Of a stretch of 64,000 nt of DNA, positions 1 through 8,543 are shown one piece after another. The position numbers were made by a program, and so were the translations under genes. The stretch comes from Rickettsiales bacterium. GTDB taxonomy: Bacteria; Pseudomonadota; Alphaproteobacteria; Rs-D84. How positions within the stretch are numbered: the stretch's first letter is position 1; every line of letters begins with the position of its first letter. The notes beneath the pieces were generated by a model. That model did not search any database. It was not told the DNA's origin and saw nothing but the letters and a program-made list of their open reading frames with translations. The stretch is taken from the NCBI GenBank assembly GCA_031266915.1, contig JAISAB010000002.1, positions 12,738 through 76,737 on the forward strand. The letters run 5' to 3'.

Positions 1-573
1 GACCTGTTTTTGCGCGACCCCGAAAAGACAACCGCCGTGCGCGAATCGCTGACCGCGCTGCTGCCGGATGGGTTTGTGGTCCGCGACTGGCGCGATTTGA
101 ACCGCGGATTTGTCGGCGCGCTGCAGGTCGAATCCAACGTGATGTTCCTGATTCTGATGCTGATAGTCATCGTCGCGGCGTTCAATATCGTCTCATCCCT
201 GGTCATGCTGGTCAAGGACAAGTCCAAAGACATCGCGGTGCTGCGCACGTTCGGCGTGTCGCGCCGTTCGATGATGAAAATCTTTATCCTGTCGGGGACC
301 AGTATCGGCGTTATCGGCGCTGCGCTGGGGACGGCGCTGGGCGTTTTGATTGCGACTTATATAGAGCCTATACGCCAGTTCTTTCAGTGGCTGACCGGCC
401 GCGATTTGTTTCCGGCCGAATTGTATTACCTGTCGGAATTGCCGTCCAAGCTGATTGCGTCGAATGTTATCGGCATAGCGCTGATTGCGGTGGCGCTGGC
501 GTTTCTGGCGACATTGTATCCGGCGTGGCGGGCCGCGGCCACCGACCCGGTAGAGGTGTTGAGGAACGAATAA
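1..573 (+). CDS. LolC/LolE-family lipoprotein-release permease (FtsX-like), C-terminal part; the gene begins upstream of the window
   Basis: C-terminal transmembrane region typical of FtsX/LolCE permeases (…LRTFGVSRRSMMKIF…), directly upstream of lolD. Confidence 0.75.
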   Translation, partial: DLFLRDPEKTTAVRESLTALLPDGFVVRDWRDLNRGFVGALQVESNVMFLILMLIVIVAAFNIVSSLVMLVKDKSKDIAVLRTFGVSRRSMMKIFILSGTSIGVIGAALGTALGVLIATYIEPIRQFFQWLTGRDLFPAELYYLSELPSKLIASNVIGIALIAVALAFLATLYPAWRAAATDPVEVLRNE

Positions 574-630
574 CATGATTAAATTAATTTAAAATAGTAA
601 GGTTTTTGGATAGCATAAACAGGAATAAAA

Positions 631-1344
631 ATGACAAACATACTGAAATCTTTATCCAAAGTGCAAAAGGGCGGCGACGTGGTCTTAAGCGTGCGCGACA
701 TCAAGAAAACGTTTATCGAGGGCGGCCAGCCTCTGCACATCCTGCGCGGCGGCGGGTTCGATTTGCGCCGCGGCGAAATCGTCGCGATGGTCGGCCCGTC
801 GGGATGCGGCAAATCGACATTGCTGCAATGTGTGGGATTGCTGGACCGGCCATCGTCGGGCAGCATTCTGGTGTCCGGCACTTCGGTTCAAAAAATGGAT
901 GACGAAATGCGCACCCTGACGCGCCGCCGCAAAATCGGATTCGTCTATCAGCGCCACAACCTGCTGTCGGATTTCACGGCGCTGGAAAACGTCGTTCTGC
1001 CTATGCTGGCCAACGGCGCGGACGAGGCCGCGGCCAATTCGCGCGCGAAAATGCTGCTGAAATCCGCGAACGTCCTGCACCGCGCGTCGCACCTGCCGGG
1101 CGAGATGTCCGGCGGCGAGCAGCAGCGCGTCGCCGTCGCGCGCGCCTTGGCGAACGACCCAGACATCCTGCTGGCGGATGAACCCACGGGCAGTCTGGAC
1201 CCTGCGCATGCCGCCGCGGTGTTCGACCTGCTGCTGGACTTGGTGCGCAAAAACAAAATGGCGATGTTGTTCGTGACGCATGACATGAATCTGGCCGCGC
1301 GTGCGGATAGGAGTGTCACAATCACGAACGGCATCGTGGGGTAA
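631..1344 (+). CDS. lolD: Lipoprotein-releasing system ATP-binding protein LolD (ABC ATPase)
   Basis: Walker A (GPSGCGKST), ABC signature (LSGGEQQRVAVARAL), Walker B (ILLADEPTGSLD); follows the lolC/E fragment. Confidence 0.85.
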   Translation: MTNILKSLSKVQKGGDVVLSVRDIKKTFIEGGQPLHILRGGGFDLRRGEIVAMVGPSGCGKSTLLQCVGLLDRPSSGSILVSGTSVQKMDDEMRTLTRRRKIGFVYQRHNLLSDFTALENVVLPMLANGADEAAANSRAKMLLKSANVLHRASHLPGEMSGGEQQRVAVARALANDPDILLADEPTGSLDPAHAAAVFDLLLDLVRKNKMAMLFVTHDMNLAARADRSVTITNGIVG

Positions 1345-1486
1345 AATTAAATATAACGACGCGTCTGACGGCTTTTGCGATGGCTCATGTAGGTTCACTA
1401 CACTTCGCCATCGCCAAAACCGCCATCCACATCATTCTATTTAATTTTACTAATATGAACAATAATAAACAATTAAGGAGAGAAAC

Positions 1487-2170
1487 ATGGAAAATAAAAA
1501 AACATCAAGATTCAGTTGGGGCAAATTCGCAGCGACGATATTCGTATTTTTGGCGCTGTTCGTCCTGGGACTGGCCGCTGGTCTGTTTTGGAACGCGGAC
1601 AAAACAAATGGCAAACGCCTTGAATTCAGCCAATACGAATGCGACAGTTTGTCGAGTCAGATAGTAAATGTTGCAAGAAACGATGGTTCCGACAGGGGAG
1701 AGGTATTGAAAGAACTGAACGATATTTATGCGAAAAACTGCGCTGGCCGCATCGTCGAAAAGCCAAAGCCAGCGTCGGAACCGGAAAAGACGGATGCCGA
1801 GGTCGTCAGAAATTGCGATGCGGTTGAAATGGCCATCAAGGGCAACCGTACGGATTCGGATAATCCGGAATATAGTGTTTCAGATACTTGGTATTATGTG
1901 TCCCGCGCGGAGTTTTACGCAACATTGGCAGCGCGCGGCTGTCAGGAAAATTCCGAGAAATATCGCGAACTGGCCCTGCGTGATATTGAAATTTCGCGCG
2001 CGTTGACGAATGACAAGTTTTATGACGACGGCAAAACTCTGGGATTGATAGAGGCTTATAAAAAACTGGATATGAAGCGCGATGCGGAAATGGTTATCGA
2101 CAAGGTGAAACAGCTGACCGACCCGGCGATTGACTTTATCCTGCAAGTTGAAAAAATCATCAACGAATAA
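1487..2170 (+). CDS. Hypothetical membrane-anchored protein (N-terminal transmembrane/signal anchor)
   Basis: Good Shine-Dalgarno (aaggagagaaacATG) and an N-terminal hydrophobic helix; intrinsic terminator immediately downstream. Confidence 0.55.
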   Translation: MENKKTSRFSWGKFAATIFVFLALFVLGLAAGLFWNADKTNGKRLEFSQYECDSLSSQIVNVARNDGSDRGEVLKELNDIYAKNCAGRIVEKPKPASEPEKTDAEVVRNCDAVEMAIKGNRTDSDNPEYSVSDTWYYVSRAEFYATLAARGCQENSEKYRELALRDIEISRALTNDKFYDDGKTLGLIEAYKKLDMKRDAEMVIDKVKQLTDPAIDFILQVEKIINE

Positions 2171-2175
2171 TCAAA

Positions 2176-2204
2176 AAAACGCCCCGAAACGGGGCGTTTT
2201 TCAA
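2176..2204 (+). terminator. Rho-independent terminator (aaacgccccgaaacggggcgttttt)
   Basis: Perfect GC hairpin followed by a T-run directly after the stop at 2170. Confidence 0.8.
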
Positions 2205-2316
2205 TTAACAGTTAATAAAGAATAGAGAATAAAGAATAAATAGCTCAACTAATAGGAATCTACCAAACTGTAATGTAAATACACAATATGTAATCATTTA
2301 ATAAAAATCCATTATT

Positions 2317-3618
2317 TTAATCCGATATTTTTTGCACTAATACACGAGCAAACCCACTTTTTCCGTTTGTATAAGGTTCATATCGTTTATCTTGAACGAT
2401 TTCATATCCGCGTTCCAATAATCCATCCAAAATAGGATTTGCCGATACGGCAAACGGCTTTTCATAATCGTTCGGAATATATCCATTATCAACCAACAAG
2501 GTTTCTGTATCATCATATTTTTTGTTTTTTTCTGGTATATCTGCCATTGGAATAATTTTTAAACATTTTGCTTTTGGACGATTCATGACGGGCAAGTTTG
2601 TGAACCAATGCCCCGCTGCTGTCATCAACTCTTTTTTCGGATTCAGATACCAACGAACCCGTCTATGCCCAGCCCAAACCTTTCCATTCATAAAATACGG
2701 AATGTATGCTGTATTTATTGTGTTTGTATAATTTGATATAATCAAAAACTTCTTACCGCTTTCAATTATTATTTTCCAATAATCTATTGCCCGCGAAAAT
2801 GGCGGGTTCGTGCAAACTATATCCGCTTCATCGTGCAAGATTCGCAAAGATTCTTTATCGTCAAAACTGCCAGTATAGTTGTCTGGTTCTGTTTTTATCT
2901 CTTGAAACCCGTCCTTGGTAAAAATATACCCTTTGCCTTTTGCATTGAATAAATCAAGACCGCCGCTGTAATGCGCACATATTAACTTTTTCAATCCAAG
3001 TTGCATAAAGTTCTGTATAAAATAAAGTGCAAACGCAGATGTATTATTGCCGTTTCGTGGAATGTCGCCGACCGCATCATCGCAATTACAGAAAACAACC
3101 TTATTTATCCAAATCTCTTTATCATACATTGCGATTTCTTTTTCTATGTCTTCATAGCGGGTATAAAACTCATCATTTTTGACTTTTCTTGCTTTTTGCA
3201 TCAGGTCTTTATGGGTTATATCTCTTTCTTTCAATGTTGGTGTTGTTTTCTTGATGATTTTCACAATGCGCTTTTTCGTATCGGGTTTCATAAAAACCTG
3301 TTTGATAAACAACTGGTGGGACTTTATAAAATCAACATATCCATCAAACAGTGCAGAATTATAAAAATAGATTTCACGCCGCGAATCTTCGCGTAATTGA
3401 GGAAAGTGATTTTTTATATCATTTTCCATTTTCTGCATATCCTTGACTTCGCAGGTAAACAAATACTGATAAACGTTATCTTTTGACCTGCCAGTCATGT
3501 TATTATATTCCGACAACCGCCGTTCAAGATTATCGGTCAATCCAATCTTGCATTTTCCTTGTTCTAACGATGCCTGAACAATATAGATATATTGTTTATT
3601 TTTCTTTTCCATGACCAT
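2317..3618 (-). CDS. Low-GC fusion protein: N-terminal GIY-YIG/T5orf172-like nuclease domain plus C-terminal amino-methyltransferase domain (motif IV 'IVCTNPPF'); putative DNA N6-adenine/N4-cytosine methyltransferase
   Basis: KQYIYIVQ…KIGLTDNLERRLSEY (GIY-YIG-like) then …DIVCTNPPFS. GC is about 33% against about 60% for neighbours. ORF tool start is 3822; ATG at 3618 (MVMEKKNKQ) chosen. Confidence 0.65.
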   Translation of the reverse strand: MVMEKKNKQYIYIVQASLEQGKCKIGLTDNLERRLSEYNNMTGRSKDNVYQYLFTCEVKDMQKMENDIKNHFPQLREDSRREIYFYNSALFDGYVDFIKSHQLFIKQVFMKPDTKKRIVKIIKKTTPTLKERDITHKDLMQKARKVKNDEFYTRYEDIEKEIAMYDKEIWINKVVFCNCDDAVGDIPRNGNNTSAFALYFIQNFMQLGLKKLICAHYSGGLDLFNAKGKGYIFTKDGFQEIKTEPDNYTGSFDDKESLRILHDEADIVCTNPPFSRAIDYWKIIIESGKKFLIISNYTNTINTAYIPYFMNGKVWAGHRRVRWYLNPKKELMTAAGHWFTNLPVMNRPKAKCLKIIPMADIPEKNKKYDDTETLLVDNGYIPNDYEKPFAVSANPILDGLLERGYEIVQDKRYEPYTNGKSGFARVLVQKISD

Positions 3619-3954
3619 TTTATCCCTGTTTCTACACTGATAGCAATTATATGATAAACGTTTTGACATTGCAAGGAATTGCATAACATCTGTGATAATC
3701 TGCTTGCGTAGCTGATTTCTTATGCCTTTAATATCAAAGGATGCAGAACAGATTTGAATTCTGTATGCAAATATGTCGTCAACAAGGCGAAGACAGAGGC
3801 AACTAGATAAATATCTCAACAATTACTGGAAAGGTACATTCTTGGTGGTTTAGCTATATTGATAAAAGAACGCCCTGCGCCGCCGCAGGGAAAATATATT
3901 ATTTATCAAGCACAACCGACAAGAATGTACCTTTTTGGCCCCAAAAGCCCAATA

Positions 3955-4052
3955 CTCGTCACCCCGGCGCAGGCCGGGGTCCATTGTGTTCAAACTATGA
4001 ACAATGCCCGTATGATGAATACATTGGATACCGGCCTGCGCCGGTATGACGC
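3955..4052. repeat. Pair of inverted GC hairpins (ccccggcgcaggccgggg … accggcctgcgccggt) flanking an AT palindrome
   Basis: Seen directly; lies between the low-GC methyltransferase gene and tRNA-Gly. The overlapping ORF 3859..4095 (…TPAQAGVH…) is just the hairpin translated. Confidence 0.5.
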
Positions 4053-4207
4053 CAAGAGAGAAGAATGTCGAAAAAGATACATTCCTATCACTTGAGTGAT
4101 CAATATAAAGCGGAATTTGCGGACATCACCGGGTGGCTTTTGCCGCGTTTAATAAAAACTTGATTTCAGCGGCGGTTAGTATATAATCCAAAGGCTTTTG
4201 AGAAAAC

Positions 4208-4250
4208 GCGGGTATAGTTCAAAGGCTAGAATGTCAGCCTTCCAAGCTGA
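4208..4250 (+). other. Truncated duplicate of the 5' half of tRNA-Gly (acceptor 5' strand, D-arm, anticodon stem-loop)
   Basis: 43 nt identical to 4341..4383 of the intact tRNA-Gly and then diverges; no T-arm. Confidence 0.7.
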
Positions 4251-4340
4251 CTACGAAGCTGCGGAGCAGCGAAGTGGGACGCGAGCATGCAAAGCATGCG
4301 CAGCGGTCAAAATGCAAGTTATCTTGCGAATGGGTGTTAT

Positions 4341-4415
4341 GCGGGTATAGTTCAAAGGCTAGAATGTCAGCCTTCCAAGCTGAAAATGCGGGTTCGAGTC
4401 CCGCTACCCGCACCA
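4341..4415 (+). tRNA. tRNA-Gly (anticodon TCC), CCA encoded
   Basis: Cloverleaf GCGGGTA/TACCCGC acceptor, anticodon loop CTTCCAA, T-loop GGTTCGAGTCC, 3' CCA. Confidence 0.85.
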
Positions 4416-4504
4416 AACAAACATCCACTTTAGTTACCCGAAAAAATCCCTTGTAGATGTTTCTACGCAAGGGGTCCGCCCGTCGTTACGGGTGTTTAGA
4501 GATT

Positions 4505-4591
4505 GGGCGTGCGCCGGAGTTGGAGAGCCGGGGCAGACTGTAAATCTGTTGGCTTATGCCTGAGCTGGTTCGAATCCAGCCACTCCCACCA
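4505..4591 (+). tRNA. tRNA-Tyr (anticodon GTA), type II with long variable arm; atypical C8 and one acceptor-stem mismatch
   Basis: Anticodon stem-loop GCAGA-CTGTAAA-TCTGT, variable arm about 14 nt, T-arm GCTGGTTCGAATCCAGC, CACTCCC-A-CCA end. The 5' strand GGGCGTG gives a C4·T69 mismatch. Confidence 0.55.
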
Positions 4592-4598
4592 AAAATAC

Positions 4599-4628
4599 AA
4601 CCGGTCTTGTGCCGGTTTTATTTTTGTG
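4599..4628 (+). terminator. Terminator after tRNA-Tyr (ccggtcttgtgccgg + T-run)
   Basis: Hairpin plus ttttattttt. Confidence 0.6.
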
Positions 4629-4685
4629 GCCTGGGATGGAGGAAGAACCGCTGGTTTGACAAGGAGTCCAAGAGCGAAGCGATTG

Positions 4686-4758
4686 GGAGTTTGCGAAGCA
4701 AACGATACGACTGCCCCGCAGTGGCAAAGCCACAAGGGAATCCAGCCACTCCCACCAA
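4686..4758 (+). repeat. Degenerate tRNA-Tyr-like copy: GGGAGTT 5' end and an exact duplicate of the tRNA-Tyr 3' end (gaatccagccactcccacca)
   Basis: 21-nt 3'-end identity to 4571..4591; the middle part is not tRNA-like; followed by a terminator hairpin at 4767..4790. Confidence 0.55.
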
Positions 4759-4766
4759 AATAGATT

Positions 4767-4790
4767 CCGCGTCCCCGTGACGCGGTTTTT
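4767..4790 (+). terminator. Terminator hairpin ccgcgtccccgtgacgcgg + ttttt
   Basis: Seen directly. Confidence 0.6.
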
Positions 4791-4851
4791 ATAAAAGAAA
4801 CTTCCACAGAATTATGTTATAATACAATTATAAATCTTGCGGGAATATAAG

Positions 4852-5394
4852 ATGAAAAAAATTGACTTTATTATAAGGGCCGCTGCTCCGGCGGACGCGC
4901 TGCCGACGATACGGATTGGCATCAAGGGCTGGCGGTACGCATACGGAAAAATTATCAGCGAGGGGCGTCTGCGCGAAAACGAGGCGCGAAAAATGTCGCC
5001 TGAGAACATCATGCGGGCGACCGAAGACATCGCTGGCGGCGTTGGCATTCGGCTGGTCGCAACCGACGCGAACGGCAAAGTATTGGGATTCAAATTTAAT
5101 CAGCCGGACGATGACGGCGAATGGCGCGGCGGCGGGACATATATTGACCCGGAATATGTCGGCATGGGAATCGGTCGTGCATTGTTTGTCGAATTTGCGC
5201 GCCGATTGCGCGCGATGGGCAAAGAAAAATTCTGGGTCAGCTGTATGACCGATAATAAATCCATGGATTTTTACAGGAAACTTGGCGGCAAAGTAATAAA
5301 AGAATATCCGTATGAAAAAATGGAAAACAAATCGCTTTCGGAATTGAAGTTCGAGGTCAAAGGTTTCTTCGATAGACATATAATGAAAAAATAA
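4852..5394 (+). CDS. GNAT-family N-acetyltransferase
   Basis: Acetyl-CoA-binding-like motif (VGMGIGRALFVEF) and size typical of GNAT enzymes; start taken at MKKIDF (ORF tool start 4837). Confidence 0.6.
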   Translation: MKKIDFIIRAAAPADALPTIRIGIKGWRYAYGKIISEGRLRENEARKMSPENIMRATEDIAGGVGIRLVATDANGKVLGFKFNQPDDDGEWRGGGTYIDPEYVGMGIGRALFVEFARRLRAMGKEKFWVSCMTDNKSMDFYRKLGGKVIKEYPYEKMENKSLSELKFEVKGFFDRHIMKK

Positions 5395-5424
5395 TTGCGT
5401 TGCCGTGACATGACAACCTAAATC

Positions 5425-5446
5425 AAACCCGCTGGGCGGCGGGTTT
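5425..5446. terminator. Bidirectional terminator hairpin (aaacccgc-tgggcg-gcgggttt) between convergent genes
   Basis: 8-bp stem with flanking A/T; serves both the GNAT gene (+) and the lipoprotein gene (-). Confidence 0.6.
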
Positions 5447-5447
5447 G

Positions 5448-7085
5448 TCACTCGTTCACTTCGACGCTGTCAATCAGCGTCCGGTCGATATGTTCCAGCG
5501 CCGCCGGCTGGAACTCGGTGGATTCTATAACATCGCTGTCATCTTCGGGCAGAATGACGACCGAATCCGCCGCTGGCGCCATCGGCGCGGTCGCCGCCAT
5601 GTTTGCGCCGAACGTCTTGGACGCGTACTTGCCGCGCAGACGTTCGGGAATCCGGATATATTTCATCGGATTGACGCCCGGACCCGTCAATTCCATTTCG
5701 TTCGCGCCGGAAATCTGGCCGGGCGCCGCGCTGTAAATCGGTATCAGAAAGTCCGTCCGCGGCGCGCGGACCAGCCGCGCCGCGCCGCCGCCAGTGATTT
5801 CAAGAATCTGCAAGGCGCGTTCGCTTTCGCCCGTCGGCCGTAATCGGAACAGGCCGTCCAATCCGTTATATCCGCCGGGGTCCAGCAGATAGGCCGCCGG
5901 CGCCCGGGATGAATGCAGCATGCCGATCGCCATGTTCGCGGCGTCGAATCCGAACGTGTCCAAACGCGACGGTTTGCGGCCCCAGACCTGTTCGTACAAT
6001 TTCGAAAAGTCCGCCGACTGCGGACCCAGCGCGGCGTACTTTGCCCCGACGAACGAAAAGTCGTTCAGCAATTCCGTGCCGTCCCACAGCGCCGTTCCAT
6101 AGAATCCGGCGTCGCGCGGCGCGACGTCGAAATAGCGCAGAAACGACGCGATGGCCTTGGTGTCGCCGGCGTTGCCCAGAAACAGGACGGCGTCGTACGG
6201 CACACCGCCCAATGTGTCGGATTTGCCCAGTTTGTCCAGCTGGGCGTTCAGGGACGATTTCTCGACCGCGGTCAGCGTTTCCCGGTTTAAAATATCAGCC
6301 AGGATTTCGCGCGCCTTGGTGTTCGCGGCCGTCCGCGCCCTATGCATAGAGGCCTTTTGCGCGGCGCGCTTGATGGAATCGGAATCGCCCTCGGCGTAAT
6401 AGAACACGCCCGCGACCGGCATGTCGTAGATGTTCGCGCTCTGCACGGCGGCGCCGGCCATTCGCGCGCCGGACGCGGTATCGGGCGCCATGACGATGAT
6501 TCCGCTGATATTGTCGGCGGTCATTTCTTTAACGATAATTTCGACGCTTTGCGACGGTATCAGGGCCATCGTCATAACGCCGTCGCCAATCGCGGACACG
6601 TCGGACGTAAACGACAAGACCGGCAGACTCTGGGGCTTCATATCGCGTAGCAGCGCCGCGTCTTCGGCAAAAACCGGGCCGATGACGATGTCCGGATTCG
6701 CCGCCAGGGCGCTTGTGATTACACCTTGTTTTTGCGATTTGTTTCCCGACAGGTCGTGAAATGTGACGGATATATTATCGTGCTTGCGTTGCAGAAACGC
6801 CATTTCGACGGACGCGTTTATGCCGTCGCCGACCGTCGCGTTCGGACCGGACAGCGGCAGCAGCACAGCGACGTTCTTCAAATCGGACGTCGGGGCGACT
6901 ACGTCCGTCGCATCGCCGCGCCCGTAAAGGCCGTATTCGGGGTAATAGAAATCACTTTGCATTTGGACGGGACGAGACGCCGGCGCTTCGCCGTATTCGC
7001 CGTGCCAGCCGGCCTGCGGCGCGCACGCGCCGACCAACATCGCAAGGCACAGGGCGCAAGGCGCGGACAGTTTTTTTATAAACAT
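5448..7085 (-). CDS. Periplasmic-binding-fold lipoprotein, LpoA/penicillin-binding-protein-activator-like (LivK-like fold)
   Basis: Lipobox LAMLVGAC; Leu/Ile/Val-binding-protein-like domain. Divergent from rsmI as in the E. coli yraM(lpoA)-yraL(rsmI) arrangement. Confidence 0.5.
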   Translation of the reverse strand: MFIKKLSAPCALCLAMLVGACAPQAGWHGEYGEAPASRPVQMQSDFYYPEYGLYGRGDATDVVAPTSDLKNVAVLLPLSGPNATVGDGINASVEMAFLQRKHDNISVTFHDLSGNKSQKQGVITSALAANPDIVIGPVFAEDAALLRDMKPQSLPVLSFTSDVSAIGDGVMTMALIPSQSVEIIVKEMTADNISGIIVMAPDTASGARMAGAAVQSANIYDMPVAGVFYYAEGDSDSIKRAAQKASMHRARTAANTKAREILADILNRETLTAVEKSSLNAQLDKLGKSDTLGGVPYDAVLFLGNAGDTKAIASFLRYFDVAPRDAGFYGTALWDGTELLNDFSFVGAKYAALGPQSADFSKLYEQVWGRKPSRLDTFGFDAANMAIGMLHSSRAPAAYLLDPGGYNGLDGLFRLRPTGESERALQILEITGGGAARLVRAPRTDFLIPIYSAAPGQISGANEMELTGPGVNPMKYIRIPERLRGKYASKTFGANMAATAPMAPAADSVVILPEDDSDVIESTEFQPAALEHIDRTLIDSVEVNE

Positions 7086-7143
7086 TGAAAAACCCATATT
7101 TTGTGCTAGTATCATAACACATAATAACAGAATGTAAAATAAA

Positions 7144-7989
7144 ATGAAACCGAATCACGAATCAAAAATCACAAATCACGACGAACGGCTGCCCGCCGGG
7201 CTGCATATCGTCGGAACGCCCATAGGAAATCTGTCGGATATGTCGCCGCGCGCAATCGATGTCCTGCGCCGCGCGGATTTAATTGCGTGCGAGGACACGC
7301 GTGTTTTCGGCAAGTTGGCCGCGCATTTCGACATAAAAACAAAAAAGGTGTCATTTCACGAGCATAACGAGCGCGCCGCGGTCGCAAACCTGACGGACAA
7401 AATTCAAAACGGCGCCGCCGTTGCCGTGGTCAGCGACGCGGGCATGCCCGGAATATCGGACCCGGGATTTCGCATTGCGCGCGAATGCCGCGCAGTGGGC
7501 CTGCCGGTGTTCGTGGTCCCAGGACCGGTGGCGGCGATTGCCGCGCTGGTGCTGTCGGGCTTTCCGACGGACCGGTTCACGTTCTGCGGATTCTTCGATG
7601 AAAAAAAAGCGCGCGACGACAACAGAATCCGCCACACAATTATTTACTACGAAAGTCCGAACCGCGTCATGGCGACCGTCGCGGCGCTGGCCCTGATTAT
7701 GCCCGAGCGACGCATAGCCATAGTGCGCGAAATCACAAAGATTCACGAAGAGACTATAATCGGCTATGCGGCGGAATTAATGCGCATAGAGCCGCCGCGC
7801 GGCGAAATCGTCATCGTAATCGAGCCTGCGCCGGAAACAAAGATGTCCGATGACGAAATATCCGAAATTGTAAATGATGTCGTCGCGGCGTCCACCAAGT
7901 CCGCGGCGGCAGATGTTGCCGCGCGCAGCGGGATTTCGAAAAAAGAAGCCTATAGGCGATTGATTAAAAAAGATGGGGGCACGCAATGA
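7144..7989 (+). CDS. rsmI: 16S rRNA (cytidine1402-2'-O)-methyltransferase RsmI
   Basis: LHIVGTPIGNLSDMSPRA…ACEDTR…VVSDAGMPGISDPG motifs; the N-terminal extension is encoded by a heptamer repeat. Confidence 0.85.
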   Translation: MKPNHESKITNHDERLPAGLHIVGTPIGNLSDMSPRAIDVLRRADLIACEDTRVFGKLAAHFDIKTKKVSFHEHNERAAVANLTDKIQNGAAVAVVSDAGMPGISDPGFRIARECRAVGLPVFVVPGPVAAIAALVLSGFPTDRFTFCGFFDEKKARDDNRIRHTIIYYESPNRVMATVAALALIMPERRIAIVREITKIHEETIIGYAAELMRIEPPRGEIVIVIEPAPETKMSDDEISEIVNDVVAASTKSAAADVAARSGISKKEAYRRLIKKDGGTQ

Positions 7990-8543
7990 TAAAATTTGTC
8001 GGCAGTTTTGAAAGGGTATCGCAATTGCCCAAAACGCAATTCCCCGAATACGCGTTTATCGGCCGCAGCAATGTCGGCAAGTCTTCACTGATTAACGCGA
8101 TTGCGGGCGCCGCAATTGCGCGCACGTCCAAGACGCCGGGCCGCACGCAGTCGCTGAATCTGTTTAATTTCGACGACCGGATTATAATTACGGACCTGCC
8201 CGGGTACGGATACGCCCGGGTTTCCAAGGCCGACCAGGTGCGCTGGCTGGACAGGTTGGGAGATTATCTGCTGAACCGCCGCCAGCTGGCAAGATTGTTC
8301 GTGCTGGTTGATTCGCGTGTCGGCGTCAAGGAATCCGATTTGGAACTGATGGATTTCTGCGACCGCAACGGAATTTCATACCAGGTCGTTCTGACAAAAA
8401 AAGATAAGAAAATCCGCGAAAAGAATCAGGATGTAATCCGCGCGGACAATCATCCGGCCATGATGGAAGAGGTAATCGAAACTTCGTCCGAAAAGAAATT
8501 CGGCGTCGACATAATGAGGGAGATACTCGGCCTATGCCGGTGA
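7986..8543 (+). CDS. engB: Ribosome biogenesis GTPase EngB/YihA
   Basis: G1 motif GRSNVGKSSLINA and G3 motif DLPGYG; overlaps the rsmI stop (coupled). Confidence 0.85.
   Translation: MIKFVGSFERVSQLPKTQFPEYAFIGRSNVGKSSLINAIAGAAIARTSKTPGRTQSLNLFNFDDRIIITDLPGYGYARVSKADQVRWLDRLGDYLLNRRQLARLFVLVDSRVGVKESDLELMDFCDRNGISYQVVLTKKDKKIREKNQDVIRADNHPAMMEEVIETSSEKKFGVDIMREILGLCR

Noticed and set aside
685-1398. Long antisense or alternative-frame ORFs inside lolD, the lipoprotein, addB, typA, RNR, mutL and secD genes (for example 685..1398-, 5909..6349+, 9406..10047-, 35280..36233+, 35648..36862+, 40867..41367+, 54186..55136-)
   Set aside because: Typical spurious ORFs of high-GC DNA. They have no start context and are Arg/Ala/Pro-rich. 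Each fully overlaps a well-supported gene on the other strand or in another frame.
3859-4095. ORF 78 aa containing …TPAQAGVH…
   Set aside because: The peptide is just the translation of the GC hairpin ccccggcgcaggccgggg in an AT-rich spacer; no Shine-Dalgarno.
4234-4807. ORFs overlapping the tRNA-Gly / tRNA-Tyr region
   Set aside because: They overlap the tRNA genes and their terminators; no coding signal.
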